In this document: piece by piece, positions 58,042-64,000 of the stretch
Numbering within the stretch: the first letter of the stretch is position 1
Layout: every line of letters begins with the position of its first letter
NCBI GenBank assembly: GCA_040901675.1
Contig: JBBDYJ010000026.1
Coordinates: forward strand, 65,062-129,061
DNA length: 64,000 bases
Reading direction: 5' to 3'
From: Pirellulales bacterium
GTDB lineage: Bacteria; Planctomycetota; Planctomycetia; Pirellulales; JAICIG01
The notes under the pieces: model-generated
What the model saw: only the letters and a program-made list of their open reading frames with translations
Database searches by the model: none
Told to the model about the DNA's origin: nothing
Program-made: the position numbers and the translations under genes

Positions 58042-58161
58042 CGATCCCGTTCGTAGTGACCCCATTCATGGGGTCCCTTGTGTTCGTAGTGACCCCATTT
58101 ATGGGGTCCTTCGTTCGTAGCGATCCGCATTCGTTTGTAGCGATCCGCATTCATGCGGTCC
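58038..58161 (+). repeat. GTAG REP tandem cluster
   Basis: gtagtgaccccatt(c/t)atggggtc x2 and gtagcgatcc x3. Confidence 0.85.
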
Positions 58162-58270
58162 GTTCGTGCATCGCTCCCAGCGCGAGCGGCGTCCCGCAAA
58201 AACGATTCTCGACCACCGAGTGCGCGGCCCCGCTGCCTGGGCATCGAACGAGACTCCATTCTCCGCCTAT

Positions 58271-58942
58271 TCATTCTTTCGAGTCGGCGGGCGTGTTCCT
58301 GGACCGCACGTCGCGCACTTGAGTCACGGCTTTGCTGACGAAGGCGAGAACTTCGGCATTGCTTAGAAAACCGCTTTGCTCCCTGAGAACCTCGCCTTCG
58401 GACAACACAAGCCAAAGCGGCAGCTTCCATGGATGCGGCTCGAATCCAGGATATAAGTGTTCGATGTCACCGTACTCGACATACGTCTTGACCGCCACTT
58501 TCACGTCCCCGCTTAGAGAATCTGCCACTTTGGATACACTTGGAATGGCTCGCAACTCATGCGTACTCCAGACCGCGCAAATATAAACTACCCACGTGTC
58601 CGTCCTCAAGTCCTCCCGTATGCTGCGACGTCCGGGCGAAACGACGTAAAGATTTGTCGAGCCATTTTCGACAATCATTTCATCGCTTCCATCCTGCCCG
58701 TCGACAAAACGGAGCCGGACCTTTCCTGTACGTTTAGATTTCTCGGCCGAATTGGTGGAATTGTTCGCCAGCGAGCTGGCCCGTCGCACATGAACGACGG
58801 CGCGCTCGGGGCTGCCGTTAGTGACCGGATCTTGCGACGATTCACGGCAAGAACCACTGGTGACGATGGCAAGGACAATCGGCGACACCGCACGAGTGAA
58901 CAAAGTGCGTTTTGGATAGAACCGCGTTGGCTGCTGCGTCAT
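58271..58942 (-). CDS. Hypothetical lipoprotein with degenerate thioredoxin-like C-terminal domain
   Basis: VTSGSC lipobox-like; WVVYICAVWSTHE..LPLWLVLSEGEV..G mirrors a Trx layout without CxxC; AT-richer. Confidence 0.55.
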   Translation of the reverse strand: MTQQPTRFYPKRTLFTRAVSPIVLAIVTSGSCRESSQDPVTNGSPERAVVHVRRASSLANNSTNSAEKSKRTGKVRLRFVDGQDGSDEMIVENGSTNLYVVSPGRRSIREDLRTDTWVVYICAVWSTHELRAIPSVSKVADSLSGDVKVAVKTYVEYGDIEHLYPGFEPHPWKLPLWLVLSEGEVLREQSGFLSNAEVLAFVSKAVTQVRDVRSRNTPADSKE

Positions 58943-59138
58943 CGTTCAACCTGCATCATTCTCCTGGGCCTTGGCGCCAACCGGGAAGAAATCGAAATGT
59001 GCTTTGAGGGCTTCGAGCGGGTCTAAAACAACTCGGGTGACGAACGAGATCGCCCAGGATCGCGCAGGTCTGCCTGCACGCAAACCGGGTCAAGTCAAGT
59101 CGTCCGCTTTGTTCGTCCCCAATTGTGGGGAATTCCGT

Positions 59139-59486
59139 TCAGGCGTTGTTCTTCCAGCGACTGATGGCGTCTTCTTTCTCAACGATGTCGAAGACAATGA
59201 TGTCCACGTCAGCCGCAAGCTCGGATATCTCACCCGATGTAATTCCCCGATAGTCTGTAATTCCCCGATAGTCGAGCCCACGAAGGATGGATACGTTTCG
59301 ATACTTCGGCGCAAGTGGCTCACCGGACGCAATGCGTCGCCGCAACTCACCGAAATAGTCGAGCCACCATAATCGCTCGTGCTCATTCCAGCCATTCGCA
59401 ACCTCGCTCGCGGGAATCGGCCCCGCCAAAGCGGCAAGCACGGTGTCAACACGTGAAATGGCCTCTTTACGTTGCGGGTCTTCCAT
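59139..59486 (-). CDS. Small hypothetical protein (immunity-protein-like) with internal 6-aa duplication
   Basis: ATG 2 nt after the Uma2 stop; NGWN..WW..F..L; DYRGIT x2. Confidence 0.55.
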   Translation of the reverse strand: MEDPQRKEAISRVDTVLAALAGPIPASEVANGWNEHERLWWLDYFGELRRRIASGEPLAPKYRNVSILRGLDYRGITDYRGITSGEISELAADVDIIVFDIVEKEDAISRWKNNA

Positions 59487-59488
59487 GG

Positions 59489-60091
59489 CTAGTCGGGCAG
59501 CTCTTGTCTGGTTCCTTCTCGGCCGGCCATGCGCAGAGCGAGCTTGTGTGCGGCGGCGACGTGCCGCAGCTCGATTCCGGTCGCGGCGCTCGCAATCCAG
59601 CCGTCGGCGTCCGCGGTCCGCGGTGCGTGCCTGCCTTCGCCGCAAACAAATAGTTCCGGACGCCGGCTGTCGCGGTCGATAATCCAAACTTCCCGCACGC
59701 CCACCGCGGCATAAAAGTCGAGCTTTTCATAGCTCTCGTCGTTGGGGCTGTGCAGCTCGACTACCACGTCCGGGCCGCCGTCAAAATACTCGTTGCGATC
59801 GATGCCGAAACGATCCGGAGTCAACAGCACCAGGTCCGGCACGCGATAGTTCTTGTCCGGCCAGCCTCCGGGCGACGCGACGTTGATCTGGTGGTACACC
59901 TTGTGGCCCAACGGCTGTGCCCAATGAAGGCGCAGCCAAAACTCGAGCGATCCTTCCAGGTCCTGATGCTCACGGTTCGGCACCGGCGGCATGTGGAGCA
60001 CTCCCTCCCAGATTTCATCGTACTGGTCGGCCCCGGTTTCTTGCCGCCACTGGAGTAGCCGCTGTGGGACCTCTGCCATGACCGCTTTCAT
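59489..60091 (-). CDS. Uma2 family (PD-(D/E)XK) endonuclease
   Basis: EIWEGVL..P..EHQ, RVPDL, PDVVVELHSP, K..FYAAVGVREVWIID. Confidence 0.9.
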   Translation of the reverse strand: MKAVMAEVPQRLLQWRQETGADQYDEIWEGVLHMPPVPNREHQDLEGSLEFWLRLHWAQPLGHKVYHQINVASPGGWPDKNYRVPDLVLLTPDRFGIDRNEYFDGGPDVVVELHSPNDESYEKLDFYAAVGVREVWIIDRDSRRPELFVCGEGRHAPRTADADGWIASAATGIELRHVAAAHKLALRMAGREGTRQELPD

Positions 60092-60221
60092 GTCGACTTC
60101 CCCACTTCGGTACGCTGCTTCGTGCCCGGTCCCTCCAATAAGTCTACTCCCCGCGGGCACGGCTGTCGCCGCATCGGTCCGCCCGGAAAATCGAAAGATT
60201 GGAGGCTGGAGCCTGGAGAAA

Positions 60222-60373
60222 CTGGGGCACGCTACGACTCGACTGAGCTCGCCGAAGTCCGCTTTGCCCCAGCCACCCGGGCGGAATCACGACAAGGGGA
60301 CAGGTCGACAAGGGGACCGTGGGGGAGAAGGGACGAAGACTGGGGCACGCTTATCGCTTTGCCCCAGCCACCC
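60222..60373 (+). repeat. Two copies of the CTGGGGCACGCT..CGCTTTGCCCCAGCCACCC hairpin repeat; the first carries a 25-bp insert
   Basis: 60222-60278 (filled) and 60340-60373 (empty). Confidence 0.85.
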
Positions 60374-60412
60374 GACGGCCCATCCGTGCCGAAGTTATTC
60401 TTCGGTCGGTCC

Positions 60413-60691
60413 CTAGCCGGCGGCCTTCTGCTTCGCGGCCTTCAGCGCGGCGGAGAGGCGGCTCTTGACGCGGGCCGCGGCGTTGCGGTGGATCACGCGG
60501 CCGGCCGCCGCCTGGTCGAGCTTCTTGACCGCCTGCCGGAAGTCCGCCTCCGCCTCGGTCAGGTCGCCTGCCGCCAAGGTTTCACGGACTTTGCGGACCA
60601 CCGTCTTCAGGCTCGAACGGACCGAACGGTTGCGGGCGCGGCGAACCACGTTCTGACGCAGCCGCTTCTTGGCACTGGTAGTGTTGGGCAT
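60413..60691 (-). CDS. rpsT: 30S ribosomal protein S20
   Basis: MPNTTSAKKRLRQ..RN..LD.AA..IHRNAAARVKSRL. Confidence 0.96.
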   Translation of the reverse strand: MPNTTSAKKRLRQNVVRRARNRSVRSSLKTVVRKVRETLAAGDLTEAEADFRQAVKKLDQAAAGRVIHRNAAARVKSRLSAALKAAKQKAAG

Positions 60692-60763
60692 GAAAAACCG
60701 AAGAGGAACTGGTGCAAACAGGTTAAGGACCAACGGCCGATGGTCCGCCAGGCGGCCGGGCCG

Positions 60764-62200
60764 TCAAGGCGAACTCGAACCGGCCCCATCTTCGCGTAAC
60801 TGGGCCAGCTTGTCCAGCCGTTCCGAGACATCCTTGTAGCCGAAATCGAGCCCGGCCAGCTCGGTCAGGTTCTTTTCCGCCGCCGGCCAGTCTTTCAGCC
60901 GGTCCATGGCCAGCGCGGCCGCCCGGTAGAGGGCCATCTTTTGCTGGTCGGCGTCGCGATCGCGCAGCTCCGCGGCCGCCGCCTCGTAGTTGCTCATTGC
61001 CAGCTTGTGCTGCGCGATCTGCTCGAAGCAGTACCCCAGCGAAAGGCTCACCAGCCCCTTGCGCTTCAGATCGCCGTGAGCTTCCTGGAAGACCTTGATC
61101 GCCTCCTTGTAGTTCTTGGCTCGCTGCAGCCGCACCCCCAGCTCGAACTTGAAACCGAGGTTGGTCGGATAGCGGTCGCAACGATTGCGGTAGATCTCCA
61201 GCTCCTTGTTGTTCAGCTCGGCCCGCATTTGCTGATACAAGGCCGCCGATTCCGGCGTCTTTTCGGCCTGGGCCTTTTTTTCCGCGATGGCAAGCTGGCC
61301 GCGGGCGCGGCGCAACTGCACGTCCTCCAGCCGCTCGCGGACCTCGACGCTGCCGCCCGATGCGCTCAAGGCCCGCTCGAGCACCTTTTCGGCCTCGTCG
61401 AAACGCTCGTCCTTCAGGTGCAGTTCGGTCAGCTCCAGGTACTTGGCCAGGTCCGAAGGGTCCTTGGCAATCTGCTTTTCGAGCTGCTGTTCGGGCGTGA
61501 GCCTGGAGCTGGCCCCTCCCCGCCGGTCGGCCTGGGCCTGCTTGTCGGCCATGACTTCGGTGCTGCTCTCGGCGGTCTCGTAACCGCCGTGGTGGATCGT
61601 CTTTTCGACCGTCAGGTTGCCGATCGCACGCTGCGCTTCTTCGTCGTTGGGCTTGGCCTGCTGCACGCGGATCCAACAGGCGATCGCCTGGTCGAACTGA
61701 CCTTGCCGCGCCAAGGCCCGCCCGCAAAGGCGGTTGATTTCCGGGTCCTTGATGTCCGCGTCCAGCGCGCCCTTGAGATAGGCCAACTGCGCCTCGTCGA
61801 ACTGCAGGTGCTCGCAGGCGGCCGCCATGTCGGCCAGCGCCGAGGTGTCCCAAGGGTTGAGCTTGAGCATCTCCAAGCCGCTGGTGATCACGCCCAGCCA
61901 GTCCTTCTTGCGGACCGAATTCTTCAGCGACGTCTTGATCCCGGCCCCGCGGATGCCCGACAGTTTTCCGCCGGTCTTGTTGTTGTTATACTTCTTCTGC
62001 AGATTGCCGAGGAAGCTTTGCACGTACAGCACGTTGCCCGGGTCGCCCGTAACGCACTGCGTGAGCATCGTGGTGGCGTAATCGAACTGCCCCTGCGCCA
62101 TGCTGCGGTTGCCGTGCTCGAAGCACTGCTGCAGCATCCGGCGCTTGGCCGGCGCAATCGGCTGCCGGCCCGCTGGTTCGCCTTGTTCTGCCATTGCCAT
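60764..62200 (-). CDS. Tetratricopeptide repeat protein
   Basis: Multiple TPR-like helical repeats; DFGYKDV C-terminal motif. Confidence 0.8.
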   Translation of the reverse strand: MAMAEQGEPAGRQPIAPAKRRMLQQCFEHGNRSMAQGQFDYATTMLTQCVTGDPGNVLYVQSFLGNLQKKYNNNKTGGKLSGIRGAGIKTSLKNSVRKKDWLGVITSGLEMLKLNPWDTSALADMAAACEHLQFDEAQLAYLKGALDADIKDPEINRLCGRALARQGQFDQAIACWIRVQQAKPNDEEAQRAIGNLTVEKTIHHGGYETAESSTEVMADKQAQADRRGGASSRLTPEQQLEKQIAKDPSDLAKYLELTELHLKDERFDEAEKVLERALSASGGSVEVRERLEDVQLRRARGQLAIAEKKAQAEKTPESAALYQQMRAELNNKELEIYRNRCDRYPTNLGFKFELGVRLQRAKNYKEAIKVFQEAHGDLKRKGLVSLSLGYCFEQIAQHKLAMSNYEAAAAELRDRDADQQKMALYRAAALAMDRLKDWPAAEKNLTELAGLDFGYKDVSERLDKLAQLREDGAGSSSP

Positions 62201-62413
62201 GCCGCGACCGGTGCACGCCACGAATAAGAGAGCCCAAAAGACCTAACTTCTCACGCCAATTCCATTTTAGCTGGCTCGCTGGCTCAACACAACGCGGTCG
62301 GCCCGCGCCGTGAACCAGCGAGCGATTGATCGAGTCGCTTACAGCGGGCCATCCACCGCCGACGCCCGCGTGCACCGGATGCAGCGCGTAAGCGGCACAC
62401 CGCCGCCCCACCC

Positions 62414-63925
62414 ATGGCCGACCCTTCACTTTCAGCCGCCGGACGCGTCTACCTGGTCGGGGCCGGCCCCGGAGACCCGGGGCTGATCACGCTGCGCGCC
62501 GTCGAGTGCCTCAGGCAGGCCGATCTCGTCCTGTACGACTACCTGGTCAATCCCCGTGTCCTCCAACACCTCCGGCCGGGTGCTCGAGCCGAGTGCCTAG
62601 GCCGGCACGGACGAGACCGCATTGTGCCGCAGCCAGAAATCAACGAACGCCTGGTCCGCGAGGCCCGCGCGGGCAAAACCGTCGTTCGGTTGAAAGGAGG
62701 CGATCCGGCCGTCTTCGCCAGGCTTGCCGACGAAATCGACGCGCTCGGCGACGCGGGAATCGAGTTCGAAGTAGTGCCCGGCATCACCGCGGCCCTGGCC
62801 GCCGGAAGCTATGCCGGCATCCCGCTCACCCACCGCGAAACGGCGTCGGCCGTGGCGCTGGTCACCGGACAGGAGCAACCGGGCAAAGAGGAGGCGGCCC
62901 TCGACTACGCGGCCCTGGCACGTTTTCCCGGCACGCTGGTGTTCTACATGGGAGTCACCTCGGCCAGGCGTTGGACCGCTGCCCTCATCGCGGGTGGAAA
63001 GAGTCCCGATACGCCGGCTGTGATTATTCGCCGCTGCTCCTGGCCCGATCAGCTCACTCTGCCGACTAATCTGGGTCAGGTCGCACCTGAGATTGCCGCC
63101 CGAAAACTTCGGCCGCCCGTGCTGGTGATCGTCGGAGAGGTGGCCGCAACGCAGCCAGCCGTTTCGTGGTTCACCAGGCGGCCGCTGTTCGGCCAGCGCG
63201 TGCTGGTCACGCGCCCGGTTGAGCAATCGGAAGCGTTGCGCGACCGGCTCGAAGAGCTCGGCGCGCAGGTGCTCGTGCAGCCGGCCATCGAGATTGTCCC
63301 GCCCGCCGACTGGGCGGCGGTCGACGACGCGCTGGCACGCCTGCACGAGTACGATTGGCTCGTCTTTTCCAGCGCCAACGGCGTCCGGTTTCTGCTGGAC
63401 CGGCTCTGCTCGAAAGGCGACCTGCGGCAATTGGGCCCCGTTCGCCTGGCGGCCATCGGCCCCGGCACGGCCGACGCCCTGGCACACTACCGTTTGAATG
63501 CCGACCTGGTTCCTCCGGAGTACCGGGCCGAGTCGCTCGCCGAGGCCCTGGCCCCCCAGGCGCGCGGCCGGCGTTTTCTGTTGGCGCGTGCCAGCCGCGG
63601 CCGCGAGGTGTTGGCCGAACAACTGCGGGCGGCCGGAGGCCAGGCCGACCAGGTAGTGGTATACCGAAGCCACGACGTCGCGGCGGCCGATCCCGACGTG
63701 GCCGCCGCCTTGGCGAAGGGCGGGATCGACTGGGTCACCGTGACCAGCTCGGCCATTGCCCGCTCGCTGGTCAAGTTGTTCGGCGAAGACCTGCGTCGTG
63801 CGAGGCTGGCCAGCATCAGCCCGATCACTTCAGCCACCCTGCGCGAGCTAGGGCACGAGCCGGCGGTCGAAGCCGCCCGCTACACCGTCGGCGGGCTCAT
63901 CGAGGCCATTCTCCAAGGCACGTAG
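62414..63925 (+). CDS. cobA: Uroporphyrinogen-III C-methyltransferase / uroporphyrinogen-III synthase fusion (CobA-HemD)
   Basis: LVGAGPGDPGLIT, RLKGGDP, VPGITA, IPLTHR; then VLVTRP, FSSANGV, AIGPGTA, SISPITS. Confidence 0.93.
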   Translation: MADPSLSAAGRVYLVGAGPGDPGLITLRAVECLRQADLVLYDYLVNPRVLQHLRPGARAECLGRHGRDRIVPQPEINERLVREARAGKTVVRLKGGDPAVFARLADEIDALGDAGIEFEVVPGITAALAAGSYAGIPLTHRETASAVALVTGQEQPGKEEAALDYAALARFPGTLVFYMGVTSARRWTAALIAGGKSPDTPAVIIRRCSWPDQLTLPTNLGQVAPEIAARKLRPPVLVIVGEVAATQPAVSWFTRRPLFGQRVLVTRPVEQSEALRDRLEELGAQVLVQPAIEIVPPADWAAVDDALARLHEYDWLVFSSANGVRFLLDRLCSKGDLRQLGPVRLAAIGPGTADALAHYRLNADLVPPEYRAESLAEALAPQARGRRFLLARASRGREVLAEQLRAAGGQADQVVVYRSHDVAAADPDVAAALAKGGIDWVTVTSSAIARSLVKLFGEDLRRARLASISPITSATLRELGHEPAVEAARYTVGGLIEAILQGT

Positions 63926-63940
63926 AGCTACGGCGGAGAT

Positions 63941-64000
63941 GTAGCAGGACTCGCCAGAGTTCTGGGGAAGCGGGCGACGGCCCGAATTCTGGCGAATCCG
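63941..64000 (+). repeat. GTAG-type REP doublet, truncated by window edge
   Basis: gtagcaggactcgccagagttc...gaattctggcgaatccg inverted pair. Confidence 0.6.

Noticed and set aside
58946..59090. Possible toxin C-terminal remnant between the two orphan genes
   Set aside because: Short open stretch without a start or a recognisable motif; cannot be supported from sequence alone

Overview
GC-rich bacterial chromosome segment, almost certainly a planctomycete (Pirellulales-like). That assignment rests on two DUF1553/DUF1501 pairs, two PVC-type CxxCH heme proteins, a YTV-like envelope protein and a DUF6666-like protein. The coding content is mostly housekeeping: pstSCAB, two PLP trans-sulfuration enzymes, rimK plus protease, trpD, a nucleoside hydrolase, htrA, dksA, galM, queF-queC-queE, a MATE transporter, rluB, pyrK, rpsT and a cobA-hemD fusion. 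A small AT-richer islet carries a Uma2 nuclease and two orphan genes. I saw no tRNA, rRNA, CRISPR array, transposase or phage gene. The most interesting signals are non-coding: (1) a candidate sigma54-driven ~200-nt small RNA with an upstream palindromic enhancer, an IHF-like site and a terminator (30487-30843, minus); (2) three sigma70 promoter/structured leader/terminator units, one SAM-II-like and two matching no family I recognise; (3) a 25-bp micro-element nested in two different host repeats, with empty copies of one host in the same window; (4) many GTAG-type REP hairpins with covarying stems, plus heptamer arrays. All family calls come from motif recognition by eye, not from database searches.
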